Part shown: positions 1 to 13,449 of the stretch, in pieces
How the letters are laid out: the number at the start of each line of letters is the position of its first letter
Numbering within the stretch: the first letter of the stretch is position 1
Assembly: GCF_009914755.1 (NCBI RefSeq)
Contig: NC_060931.1
Strand: one strand, 5' to 3'
Length of the DNA stretch: 64,000 bases
DNA from: the human T2T-CHM13v2.0 reference genome, Homo sapiens
Notes under the pieces: generated by a model
Seen by the model: the letters and a program-made list of their open reading frames with translations, nothing else
What the model was told of the DNA's origin: nothing
Database searches by the model: none
Translations under genes and position numbers: made by a program

Positions 1-35
1 GCTGGGATTACAGGCATGAGCCACCGCACCCGGCC
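1..35 (-). mobile_element. Alu, 5' end (element continues off the left edge)
   Basis: GCTGGGATTACAGGCATGAGCCACCGCACCCGGCC is the reverse complement of the Alu 5' terminus. Confidence 0.95.
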
Positions 36-239
36 CCTGATGAAAGACTCTTATGCATTCTTTCCCTCAACAAATTCTGGAAGAATAGTCTACCCCAATG
101 TATCAGCTTCTCTTAGTTCCTTTATCCAGTCACAGTCAGTCGGCTACTCTTGAATTTGTTTGGCCTGAGTGTGTCCTGTACTTTCCAAGCAGCAAAGGAC
201 ATGCAAAGCTCTTGGTATAGTTGTTGTTATTGTTCTGCT

Positions 240-378
240 GCTTCTTCCTCTTCCTCCTTTATCTCTCCTCCTCTTCCTTCTTCTTTTTCTTCCTTCTCCA
301 TCTTCTTCTCCCTCTCCTTCTCTTCCTCCTCCTCCTTCTTCTTCCTTTTCTTCCTCTTCTTCTTTTTTTTTTTTTTTC
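240..378. repeat. (CTT/CCT)n pyrimidine-rich low-complexity tract ending in poly-T
   Basis: Seen directly; it produces the spurious S/F/P/L-rich ORFs 150..659 and 169..381. Confidence 0.9.
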
Positions 379-1036
379 TGATGCCTATTTTACTGGGTAG
401 AATAAGGGGGTGGGAGGTAGAGGACTCACAATTCTCTGATAGTTCTTGCCATAAAACCTCTTTTAATCTCCATTTCTGCCCTTTTGTAACTTCAGTGTGG
501 GTGAATTCCTACAGAAAACTAGCTTTTGACCATGTTCTTTGCAAGCCTCATCTAGTAATTGCACATCTCATTTTGAAGCATGGAGTAGTTTGCACATACC
601 TGTTAAGGACTCAGCCAAAGCTAAGGCTTAAGTGCTTTAATTTCAACATTCAATCATAATCACACTCATCTACATTCTTTTTAAAATTCAGATTTCACCA
701 TGTTCTGATATTCCTTGTTGAATTTTTTCTTATAATCGTTCTCATTTGCTTATAGTAACAAGCTTCATTATCAAAAATGATGCCACCCACTGACCATGAT
801 AGGACAGCACAGTGAGGTGTTTGTCAAGACTCCTCTCCACCCCCATGTACTCACACAGCATCCCTTACAGCCAAAGATGACTTTAAATTTCAGGGAGCTA
901 TCCTTTGCTATAGCAGACTTGCCAACTATTCCTAAAGTATGTCTTTCGTTACTAATTTTCACAAGGAGATTTTTATTTTTTCTCCAAGTTCTTCTTGAGC
1001 CAGGTATTTCAGTAAACAATCACTTTCAAAGAATTA

Positions 1037-1350
1037 GACCGGATGTGGTGACTCAGGCCTGTAATCCCAGCACTTTGGGTGGCTGAGGGAGATGGATCAC
1101 TTGAGATCAAGAGTTCGAGACCATCCTGGCCAACGTAGTGAAACCCATTCTCTACTAAAAATACAGAACTTAGCTGGGCGTTGAGGCAGGCACCTGTAAT
1201 CCCAGCTAATCAGGAGGCTGGGTCAGGAGAATTGCTTGAACCTGGGAGGCAGAGATTGCAGTGAGCCGAGATTACACCATTGCGCACTAGCCTGAGTGAC
1301 ACGGTGAGATGCTGTCTCAAAAAAAAAAAAAAGAAAGAAAGAAAAGAAAA
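1037..1350 (+). mobile_element. AluS, full length
   Basis: Dimeric Alu with A-rich linker (TACTAAAAATACA) and an A/(GAAA)n tail. Confidence 0.95.
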
Positions 1351-2399
1351 TCACTTTAATATGTTACATTTTACCTCTGAACAAGAATAGTGGGTGTTGC
1401 ACTTAGATAATTAGACAACATTCCAAATTTCCATTGGCTGACTTTCAGGAAATTTGCTTAGAGTATTTGGGGTGTGTTTGTTTTTACCCTGCCCTTTTTG
1501 TATCACAGCCATTGTTTTTTTTTCCCAATTAATTTGGTTCATCTGCAAAAGTTTTTCCATGCCATGTCCAAGTTAATAACAAAGTCATTAAAGATACTCT
1601 GCATGGCTAGAGACAATTTAAGGGATGTAACAAGTAGAAAATTTTTCTGGAAAATTGAACTTTCTATTTTGGTTTAATGAGTGTATGGTAATGATTTAGC
1701 TTTGCTATAAGCCCAGCTTTCAGAAAACAATAGAATAAAATATTTTAAATTTCTAAATAAATTGTCCTTTTGCATTCAGGATAAAAACATTGAAATTTTA
1801 GAAGTCAGTATTTAATTGATGGGCCCGACTGAGAGCTTGACTCTCTCCTACTTTTGATATTTGAGTATCACCTCATTTCAGACACTAATAAAAACATCTA
1901 CTCTGATACTTTGTTGGACAGAGAGAAAGAGAATAAGAGGTCTGCAGCATCACTACCAGATATAAATTGGTTGGTAATTTAGCAATAACACTTCTTTATT
2001 CATCGAACAATAATTAATAATATGTCTATTCAGTAAATAAGATTATTCAAGTATTTTATGTGTTGTGGGAGGAGAGAGAATACAGAAGAGGAAAATACTA
2101 AAGTCTCTGCTTCCAAGATATTTTATATGAGAACGCAACATTTTTAAAATGCGGAAGGATACAGGAAAAACTATATTTAGCAACTGTCACATATAAGCTC
2201 AAGTATGTTTATAGAAGAACTATCAAAAAATGAAGAAATCAAATTATATTATGTGAGGAAAAAAGAAAGAAACCAGGCATATTAGTTTGCCAAGACAATC
2301 TCAAGGGAAATATGCTAGCTGTTTCATGTGTTGGCAGCATCATCATTTGTAGAGAGAATAGATTCTGATGGCTCCTGGCTTCTTGAAGAACAAAGCCTA

Positions 2400-2660
2400 T
2401 ACATCTCAGTCGGGCATATGAAATCTTGCATAATCTGATTCCAGTTTTCCAAATTATGTCTTTCTAATTGCAACTACATCAGTTCCAGACTTCTTTCTTA
2501 CTCCTACACTTTGCCACTTATTATTTTCCTACCTAGAATGCTTTATCCTTTTTTCTGCCTAAGGACACTTACTCATCCTTAAAAGATAATTTTGGACTTG
2601 TATAAACTTGTATAAAAAAATAACTTCCTATTGTACACCGAAATCCTCACTGAAATGACC
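2400..2660 (+). mobile_element. L2 fragment (degenerate)
   Basis: Resembles the L2 3' region (CCTAGAATGCTTT..., CACTTACTCATCCTT); boundaries approximate. Confidence 0.4.
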
Positions 2661-3199
2661 AAAGGAATACAAAAAAAAAAAAAGAAAAGAAAAGAAAACC
2701 TAACTTGGGAAAGGAAAATAGGGATGAATAGTTCATACATGCCGGAAACTCTAGGGATGTCTGTTAGATATGCTGCATGTGGGACCAGGTAGAGAAAATA
2801 CACCAAAACCAATCTGCCACTTTCCTCCTTTAAGTTAGCTGGTATTTCAGAGAGCAAGTTGAGGAGATCCAAGATGTTCCTCATGATACAGACAAGGAGC
2901 AGAGCTCCAAGAATTTCTTTTGCTATGAGCGCTCAACAATATTCAAAAGTAGCTGTGATTGGATCTCTTGGAGTTCTTAAGCTGCTATTTCAACTGAAAA
3001 AATGTGAACAAAACACCAGGGATGAAGGCTAGGCTAGACTGTGTCTGGAGAACATGTCCACCAACAGACACCTATATTCGAAAACCTCATCCATCCTTCT
3101 ACTTGATGTGAAAATGATAAAGCTATAATAATCAAAGCATCTAATAATCAATGTTTTGATGCAACAATGATCAGAAAGCACTATTTCAGAAACAAACTT

Positions 3200-3385
3200 A
3201 TATATGAGTTTTATTTATTTCCCTTAGCTCCTGTTTTCTTGGTTGTAAAGCAGAGATGATGATGATAGTAACACATAATACAAGATACTAAAAGCATTAC
3301 AATTTTAAGCAGGCTAATTTATATTAAAATGAGTAACACAATAAGCACCAATAATTCCTTGCTTTAGGATTACTATTATCAAAAT
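3200..3385. mobile_element. MIR fragment
   Basis: MIR core-like CCTGTTTTCTTGGTTGTAAAGCAGAGATGATGAT; boundaries approximate. Confidence 0.45.
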
Positions 3386-3863
3386 ATTACTTTGATATAA
3401 TGAAGCTGGAATTTTAAATCACTTAGGAAATGATCCTATAATATTAAGAATTTGAGAGAAAATGAGTTTGACCATTACTTTCTAAATTACTTCCTGCAAT
3501 TGATAACGAATGGTTAACCTAAGAATAAAGTCTTTTTCAGAAAACACCAAAGACATGATGAATAGGGAAAATAATATCTGATTTTGCTACAAGAAATAAA
3601 AATAAAAATTTTTAATCAACCAAAAACATATTAAGCAAGACTTAATGGCAAACAAAAATGTGGGGAAAATATTCAACAACACAATTGGGAATTTAAGTAT
3701 TTGTAAAACATACACAGAACTTACTATTTAATAAGAAAAATACAAACACATTGCTTAAAAATCCAAACACATTGATTTTTTAATTTCTTAAAAAAGAAAT
3801 TAAGTAATGCTTGAATGCATTCAATAAATATATGTTTAGTACTTGCTCAATAAATGCCTACTA

Positions 3864-4048
3864 CTGGGATTACAGGCCTGAGCCACTACACCTGGCCCCT
3901 CCCACCTTTTGTAGTCTCCAGTGTCTATTATTCCACTCTACATGTCCATGGTACCTGTTGTTTAGCTCCCACTCATAAGTGAGAATATGTGACATTTGAC
4001 TTTTTGTTTCTGAGTTATTTCCTTTAGGATAATGGCCTCCAGCTCCAT
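3864..4048 (+). repeat. Dispersed 185-bp duplicate of 4525-4708 (an Alu-5'-end/L1 junction)
   Basis: Hand alignment gives about 26 substitutions plus 1 indel (about 85% identity); both copies contain the same Alu-to-L1 junction. Confidence 0.9.
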
Positions 4049-4059
4049 ATTTATATATA

Positions 4060-5417
<1,358 letters not shown>

Positions 5418-5479
5418 CGTATCTGTCTTTAAAAAAGACAGGTAAAGTATTCGACTTCATGAATCTTATCTTTTGGGAT

Positions 5480-6190
5480 ATTGATAAAAGCAGAAATATA
5501 TATGATCAATAGACATGAAAAAAATTTCCTCAGTAAAAGTCAAAGATATGAAAATCAAATCAATATATAATTTTTGACCAATCAAACATCCAAGATTTTA
5601 AAAAATACACAATGTTGACAAGGCAGTGAATTAGATTCTTTACCAGTAAGAGAAATTAGAGGTAGTTTTTGGATGGCAATTTGGTAATATTTATCTAAAT
5701 AGTTTTTAAAATTATTTTATCCAATAATTCAATTGCTTATAGTTTACTCTTAGAAAATATTCAGTGGTGCATGGAATATTTTGATCATGATGATGAAAAG
5801 TTCTGCATTATTTCTAAGAGTAAAAAATTTAAAACAATGTTTTATTTCTGTAACAGAATTTAAGTAAATTGAGATCTATTTGCAAAACGGACTACTATAT
5901 AACTCAAAAAACACCTAAAAGGAATATTTTAATGAATTAAAAAATATATTATTGTTATTAACTTTAAAAAAAGGCTTACAAAACATTATGTTAAATCTGG
6001 CTTTTTTGCATTAAAGTTTTTATTTATGCATAGGAAAAACACTGAAAAATGTTCACTAAATTAGTAGCTATTGTATTGTTGGGTGAAAGTTCAATACATA
6101 ATTTTTATTTGCTTTATCTTTTTCATATTCTCCAATGATCAACATTGAACTTGGAGTTATTTTATAATCAAGCAGAAAATTAATGAGAGG
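5480..6190 (+). mobile_element. Ancient L1M fragment
   Basis: Degenerate L1 ORF2-end/3'UTR motifs (TTTTTGGATGGCAATTTGGTAATAT); boundaries approximate. Confidence 0.45.
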
Positions 6191-6431
6191 AAGAAAAACC
6201 CAGCTAGAATGAACTTCCTCTGTGAAGTCTTGGTCCACTTACCTAGTTAATCTGGGTTACTTCTTCCTCTACATTCTTGTAACATTTTGGCTTATCTGTT
6301 TTAAACATGTACTGATCATTTATGGACTTTTCTTTCCACTGAGATCCTTCAAAGTGGAGTTATTTCATCTCTGTGTTCTCCTTTTTGCTCCTCAGTTACT
6401 AATCCAAACCCCATAGTAGAATACAGACTCA

Positions 6432-8425
6432 GTGTTCTGAGTTGAATTGTCTCTCAAAAAATATGTTGAGATCCTAACCCAGAGTAGCTGTGAATGTGAT
6501 ATTTGGAAATAGGATGTTTACAGAGGTAATGAAGTTCAGATGATATCGTTAGGAGGCGCCCTAATCCAATATAACTGGTGTCTCTATAAGAATGACTTTC
6601 TTCACAGAATTGGAAAAAACTACTTTAAAGTTAATATGGAACCAAAACAGAGCCCACATCACCAAGTCAATCCTAAGACAAAAGAACAAAGCTGGAGGCA
6701 TCACACTACCTGACTTCAAACTATACTACAAGGCTACAGTAACCAAAACAGCATGGTACTGGTACCAAAACAGAGATATAGATCAATGGAACAGAACAGA
6801 TCCCTCAGAAATAACGCCGCATATCTACAACTATCTGATCTTTGACATACCTGAGAAAAACAAGCAATGGGGAAAGTATTCCCTATTTAATAAATGGCGC
6901 TGGGAAAACTGGCTAGCCATATGTAGAAAGCTGAAACTGGATCCCTTCCTTACACCTCATACAAAAATCAATTCAAGATGGATTAAAGACTTAAATGTTA
7001 GACCTAAAACCATAAACACCCTAGAAGAAAACCTAGGCATTACCATTCAGGACATAGGCATGGGCAAGGACTTCATGTCTAAAACACCAAAAGCAATGGC
7101 AACAAAAGCCAAAATTGACAAATGGGATCTAATTAAACTAAAGAGCTTCTGCACAACAAAAGAAACTACCATCAGAGTGAACAGGCAACCCACAAAATGG
7201 GAGAAAATTTTCACAACCTACTCATCTGACAAAGGGCTAATATCCAGAATCTACAATGAACTCAAACAAATTTACAAGAAAAAAACAAACAACCTCATCA
7301 AAAAGTCGGCGAAGGACATGAACAGACACTTCTCAAAAGAAGACATTTATGCAGCCAACAGACACATGAAGAAATGCTCACAATCACTGGCCATCAGAGA
7401 AATGCAAATCAAAACCACAATGAGATACCATCTCACATCAGTTAGAATGGCGATCATTAAAAAGTCAGGAAACAACAGGTGCTGGAGAGGATGTGGAGAA
7501 ATAGGAACATTTTACAGTGTTGGTGGGACTGTAAACTAGTTCAACCATTGTGGAAGTCAGTGTGGCGATTCCTCAGGGATCTAGAACTAGAAATACCATT
7601 TGAACCAGCCATCCCATTACTGGGTATATACCCAAAGGACTATAAATCATGCTGCTATAAAGACACATGCACATGTATGTTTATTGTGGCTCTATTCACA
7701 ATAGCAAAGACTTGGAACCAACCCAAATGTCCAACAATGATAGACTGGATTAAGAAAATGTGGCACATATACACCATGGAATACTATGCAGCCATAAAAA
7801 ATGATGAGTTCATGTCCTTTGTAGGGACATGGATGAAATTGGAAATCATCATTCTCAGTAAACTATCACAAGAACAAAAAACCAAACACCACATATTCTC
7901 ACTCATAGGTGGGAATTGAACAATGAGAACACATGGACACAGGAAGGGGAACATCACACTCTGGGGACTGTTGTGGGGTGGGGGGAGGGGGGAGGGATAG
8001 CATTAGGAGGTATACCTAATGCTAAATGACGAGTTAATGGGTGCAGCACACCAGCATGGCACATGTATACATATGTAACTAACCTGCACATTGTGCACAT
8101 GTACCCTAAAACTTAAAGTATAATAATAATAAAATAAAAATAAAAAAAGAAGAGAAATGCACAGACACACACCATGGGATGATGGAGGCAGAAATGGAAG
8201 TGATGCACCTATAAGCCATGGAATGCCAAGGATTGCTGGGAATACAAGAAGCTAAGAAAACGGCATGGAACAGATTCTGCCCTAGAGCCTTCAGGGATAG
8301 GATGTCCCTGCTAACATATTGATTCTGTTCTTCTAATCTCTGGAACTGGGAGAAAATAAATATATGTTGTTATATGCAACCCAGTTTGCAGTACTTTGTT
8401 ACAACAACCCTAGGAAATGAATATG
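6432..8425 (+). mobile_element. MLT1 (MLT1B/C-like) MaLR solo LTR, split by an L1
   Basis: 5' part about 6432-6591 (GTTGAATTGT...GGAAATAGG...CCCTAATCCAATATAACTGGTGTC) resumes at about 8147-8425 (AAGCCATGGAATGCCAAGGATTGC...CCCTAGGAAATGAATA). Confidence 0.85.
6592..8148 (+). mobile_element. 5'-truncated L1 (L1PA3-like): ORF2 C-terminus, 3'UTR and poly-A
   Basis: ORFs 6592..7539 and 7479..7919 are the ORF2p C-terminus split by a 1-bp deletion near 7510; 3'UTR has GAGAACACATGG and GCTAAATGACGAG; short AAGA(A) TSD. Confidence 0.95.
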
Positions 8426-8747
8426 CTCCATGAATAATTACTGAATAATAAATTAACAGATTGTTTCTACATGAGCCTCAGGGATCAATTCAAGACCAGT
8501 GACTGGATTTTAGAGGAAGAAGGTTCTTGCTTCTTCCCATCAGGAAGAATTTGTATGAAGAAAATTCAAGACATAGGTTGCTATTTGGACACTATTCTAA
8601 ATTCCATAGTTCTAAAATATAATTTTTATTTCATATTAACAAAATAGCGAATCATTATTTGGATGTATAAGCTTTGCAACCTAAAACCCACTGCAATGAA
8701 TGTAAGCAAAAGCAAGATGGTATGGTTTTAGTGAAGTTAGGTAATAA

Positions 8748-8766
8748 CAGCACCATCTACTGGTAT
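8748..8766 (-). promoter_or_regulatory. Candidate CTCF binding motif
   Basis: Minus strand reads ATACCAGTAGATGGTGCTG, matching the CCASYAGRKGGYRC core; motif match only. Confidence 0.5.
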
Positions 8767-9849
8767 ATGAACAACGCTATGACTGATAATATTTGTGCAA
8801 GTTGTTTGGAACAGCACATAATAAGTATCAATAAAAGTTGGTTTTCTTTCTTTTCTCCTTGCTGGAAGGTAAAATAAAAATAATACTATTAGTGTCTTAA
8901 AGTTTCCAAATTCAATTTATTTAAAATAAATCCCTATATGTGAAAAAGGTAATTAATGAAATATACAAAATTCATTCTGCTTTAGATGTAGTATATCTGA
9001 TTAGAGTAGAAAGGATTGCAATTTGTGTACAACTGTGACAAAATATAAGATTATAATTCAATTAAATATATACTGCATACTTACTATGAGTAAAAATATG
9101 CAAAGTGGACATATAAATATGAATGAGTTTCCAGGAAACATTTAGAAGCAAACATCATATTACATACTGTTATTGGTTTTTGACCTGAATTTTATGAAAT
9201 AATAGACAACAAAATTATATCTAATCCCCAGCCCAAATAACTCATGGGGAATGATTATGTTTGTGCTGCATGGAAAGGTTAGCCCATTCTTTCAACAGTT
9301 TAAGAAATTATAGTCACAGATAGAAAAGAGCAATGACTGATACCTGTTTATTTAAAATATGCCCCTAAACCAGGCTGGAACCCAGAAATATTCGGTATCC
9401 AGAAGTGTTTACCCAAATTCACAAATCTTTCAGATTGTGTCTGTACAGAGTTGCTGACTGAAGTAATCTGTTCTAACAAGGCTTCTGTACTACCCTTTAG
9501 GTTGCTCCAATAATACTTTCAAAAAGCAAGGAAGTTTTTTTCTTGAGAGAAAATTTCTACACAGTGAAAAGTTTATTTCAATAATTCTGACGTTTGGAAC
9601 TAAATAATCTTTGAAACTGAAGTAGCAAAATAGATACTTAAACACTTACATAGTTTTTAGCTACACATTATAAATTCCCTTTTTGAAAAGTTCCCTTAAT
9701 GGGGTCCCCACACTATTCTGCTCTCACCATGAAAAAGTCTAAAAACAGCACAGTAATTAAAATACAGGTGAGAAAAAAAAATGGTTAAACAGGTCTGATA
9801 TTTCTTTAAGGGTAGTAAACTTTAGTGCACATTTATTATATTGAGATGT

Positions 9850-10045
9850 AATACATAGGTTTTAGAATCAAACACGCAAAGATTCAAATTCTAGCTCTGA
9901 TGTTCACTAATTTGGGAAGTTCACTTCATTTCCAGGAGTCTCATGTGTAAATTAGTGTAAGTAATATCTATATGCCAGCATTGTTGTAAGTGTTAAATTA
10001 GATCCTACACATAAAGCATCTGTCACATAGGGACACTTAAATATT
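9850..10045 (+). mobile_element. MIR
   Basis: TTCAAATTCTAGCTCTG...TCACTTCATTT...GTTGTAAGTGTTAAATTAGAT...TAAAGCA. Confidence 0.6.
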
Positions 10046-10684
10046 GAGTGTCCCCTTTCCTTTCTTGAGGAATAATTGGGGGAAGGGCAACAGGAGGAAT
10101 CAAAATATTAGAAATGTTCATTGTATGATTTTGGCTAGCTTTCTCTCTCCTTTCTTTTTCTTCTTTTCTTTTTTCCTTTTCTTTTCTTTCTTCTTTTTTG
10201 TTTTATAGTGGACAATGTGTATAGCTGGCTCCAGGGATGGGAGGGCACCATCTCTGCCTCTTACTTATTTAATTTTTGATAAAAATTATGTGGCTATAAA
10301 ATAGACTACATTTTTCAGATACAGATATCTGAGATTAAGTGAAGGATGGGTGAATGCGATTGCATTGAAATATTTCACAGTTCAACAATTTCAAAAGCAT
10401 GTTTGCACATAATCCCACCCACTCCATTATGTGTCTGCAGTAACACATGAATATTTGAGGCAGAGCCAGGTACATTGCTAGGCTTGGCATAAGAATACCT
10501 GGCAAACAGAGTTTGGGTAATTTAAGACTTCATGTTTCCCAGTCATCATATAGGCCTCCTGACAGAATGCTGTAAGTGGATAGTGTCAACACCAGAAGAC
10601 TGCTAAGGAAAATAAAGACAAATCTAGGAGTACTGTCATGGTTGGTTTCTCACCAAGTGCATGGGCTTCCACAAGTTTGAAATT

Positions 10685-10870
10685 TATCATTCAATAAACA
10701 TTTATTAAGCACCAACTTTGTGGTAGACTGTATGGTTGCTAGCTAGAATACGGCAGTAAACAAAGTCAGTGTGGTTCTTGGCATCATGGAACATATGGGC
10801 CATTCTAGTGTCAGAAAGTTAGTTCTTAAAAAGGTGATTAGGACAGTAACAATAAAAGAAGACTGGATAA
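10685..10870 (-). mobile_element. L2 3' end fragment
   Basis: TCATTCAATAAACATTTATTAAGCACC terminal motif. Confidence 0.55.
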
Positions 10871-11819
10871 ACCCATGAACATACCTCAAGGTGAGTAGAC
10901 ATCCACTGAAGATACCTAAAATATCTGATGACAATTATGCTTTTGCAATAAAATGTATATGAACATGTAGCCACAACTATCACTTAAATGGGTAAAATAA
11001 ACCATGAAGTTTAGAATGGTTGGAAGATTTCCTGAATATAAAACCTTCTACATAACAGATCTCTTATTCAGGTGATTCTTGAAAGCCTGATGGTCACAGT
11101 TTGTTTAGAATTTAGAATTATCATTTTCTGGAGACCTAATTTCAGGAATCCAGGATTCCAAGCATGAGTGTCTTTTTAAGTTGGCTTTTTAAAGATAAAA
11201 TATCTAGATGATTTGTATACCTGATATCTCTGTTTTCTGGTTTTGAATTGTCAAGTGTGTTAACTGACATCAAAAGACACAGTATCAGACTCAAAGTAAT
11301 AGAACTACAGCCTGTAAAATTAAGGAAGATGATATCAAGAATATTTAGGTATATCAAGTAGAGTAGTTTTTCTGGGCAGAATAAGATCAATATATATTTA
11401 AATCAATATGAAGGAGGCTTTCTTTGGCTGTAATTCACAGGCTCATTTATCTGCTGTCTGCCAATTATTGAAAGCACCTTAGTTGGCTTTTCAATGTTTC
11501 TAGTCATTTCTTAGTGTTCTAAAATTTTTTTTTCTATATTGCCTGAGAAGAATGATAAAAAATTATATTTGCACAGCTGCATCCTGTGTTGTCAGCATTA
11601 AATACTTACAGATGTCTTTTTTCCAATCAGAAATAAGTAATTTTCTAAATTATTTCCAAAATAAAAACTCTTCTTTAAAAAAAAAAATCTCAACTTCTAG
11701 ATAGCCATGGTTTGAATTTAAATATGAAAATCTTTTTGCTTCGAAGTTTATCTTCCAAACATGCAAATTTTATAAACTGATTTCTGATACAAGTAGTGTC
11801 TGGAAATACTAGTTTTTAT

Positions 11820-12000
11820 CTATAAACATAATTATTAATAATATCAAGTGATAGTTTTCAAGGATACTTTAGAAATAAGGTAAGTATTCTCAATTTTCTG
11901 TTGAGGAAACTTGGGCCCAGGGCAGACAATTAACTTTCTCATTGCTACAGAGCTAGGAGTTAGGGTCTGAACCTAAGTCTCTTACTTCAAAATTCACATG
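11820..12000 (-). mobile_element. MIR
   Basis: TTTTCTGTTGAGGAAACTTGGGCCCAGGG...TAACTT core. Confidence 0.55.
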
Positions 12001-12467
12001 CTTGCCCAGAAAGGTTTTGTTTTGAACAAAAATTTAAATGACTGCTTGCATGTTATTTGAAATACTTTCATATTATAGTTATGAAGTTTCAGTCATTGTA
12101 AGAAATAGACTCCACAAACATCCAACAGGGATATTTTTTCTGGCAGGATTATGGTTTAGTTTCACTACCTTTATCACCATCAAAGAATAGATATCAAATT
12201 CTTATGCATAAACAGCATGGTAGATCTTGCCCTCTAGAAATTGTGGCAATATGAAAACAATATAATTCATACTGCTTTTAGTCTTTTTAAAATGAAAAAC
12301 TTCATAGCTGCATTTACTATACACACACATCCATACACGTGTGTATACATATAAATTAGTAATTATCAAATTTATTCTTAAATATTTATGTATCTCAAAT
12401 AGGAAGTCACTAATTAATATTTTTCCTTAAAACATTTCTATTTATAAATATAAAATATTTCCTCATC

Positions 12468-12800
12468 AGCTGGAAGCCATCATTCTGAGCAAAATATCAC
12501 AAGGACAGAAAACCAAACACCGCATGTTCTCACTCATAAGTGGGAGTTGAACAATGAGAACACATGGACACAGGGAGGGGAACATCACACACCGGGGCCT
12601 GTTTGGGGGTGGGGGGCTGAGGGAGAGATAGCGTTAGGAGAAATACCTAAGGTATATGATGAGTTGATGGGTGCAGCAAACCAACATGGCACATGTATTC
12701 CTATGTAACACACCTGCACGTTGTGCACATGTACCCTAGAACTTGAAGTATAATGAAAAATAAATAAATAAATAAATAAATAAATAAATAGCAAAAAAGA
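12468..12800 (+). mobile_element. Short 5'-truncated L1PA6/7-like 3' end with (TAAA)n tail
   Basis: L1 3'UTR (CACAAGGACAGAAAACCAAACACCGCATG...GTACCCTAGAACTT); degenerate TSD AAAATATTTCCTCATC / AAAAGAATTCCTCTTC. Confidence 0.92.
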
Positions 12801-12899
12801 ATTCCTCTTCTTCTTCTAAATGTTCATTCAACATTCAGCCAAATTGTCATTGCTAGTTAAATGTTGGAAAGGGAGTCTTTCTGTGATGAATAGTATTAG

Positions 12900-13345
12900 A
12901 ATGTTATCAGTTGGTATTCTCTGATTGCAAGATATAGAAAACAACTGATTATCTCTGGCAAAAAAAGAAAGTTAAAGGACATAAGGTGGCTCCTAGAGGT
13001 GAAAGAAAAGTTGAGGAACCGATCTCAAAAACAGCAGGAATGAAGGCAGGTTCAGGAAATGAGGGACACTGTCTTTGGTGGGCAACCTCCTCAATGAACC
13101 AGCATTAACCACATACTGTCTTCAGTCACTTAGCTCACAATTAATATACCAGAGAGAGAGAGAGAGAGAGCATAATTCACTTCCTTTGGGGCACAGGTCC
13201 ATTTGCTGTCAAGGGAGTTTAAGGTACTTTAACTTCCCCCTTACAGACTGTACACAATCAGGAATAAATAATTTCCTCGGGACAAAATAGGTGTGTCTTA
13301 CCCAAAGAAGGGCTAATGAGTACTGGGAGGCAAAAATAAATAAAC
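12900..13345 (-). mobile_element. Old MaLR LTR (MLT1J-N-like) containing (AG)n
   Basis: GATTGCAAGATATAGAAAACAACT-type MLT1 terminal motif; boundaries approximate. Confidence 0.45.
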
Positions 13346-13449
13346 AAAAATAAAAAATCTCAATATAATAATTGTAGCATGTAATTTTCTTAGTTTTTTT
13401 TTAAATAAAGAAATCAAGATTTGCTCTTCCTAATGCTGAATTTCTGTTA

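Noticed and set aside
150-659. 169-aa and 70-aa ORFs
   Set aside because: Translations of a CT-rich simple repeat with non-ATG starts and no domain similarity
1018-1357. AATCACTTT on both sides of the Alu, offset by 10 nt from the Alu 5' end
   Set aside because: May be a TSD with extra 5' bases, but 9 AT-rich bases are too weak to call
6592-7919. 315-aa and 146-aa ORFs as a host gene
   Set aside because: L1 ORF2 C-terminus split by a frameshift; no promoter and no EN/RT core
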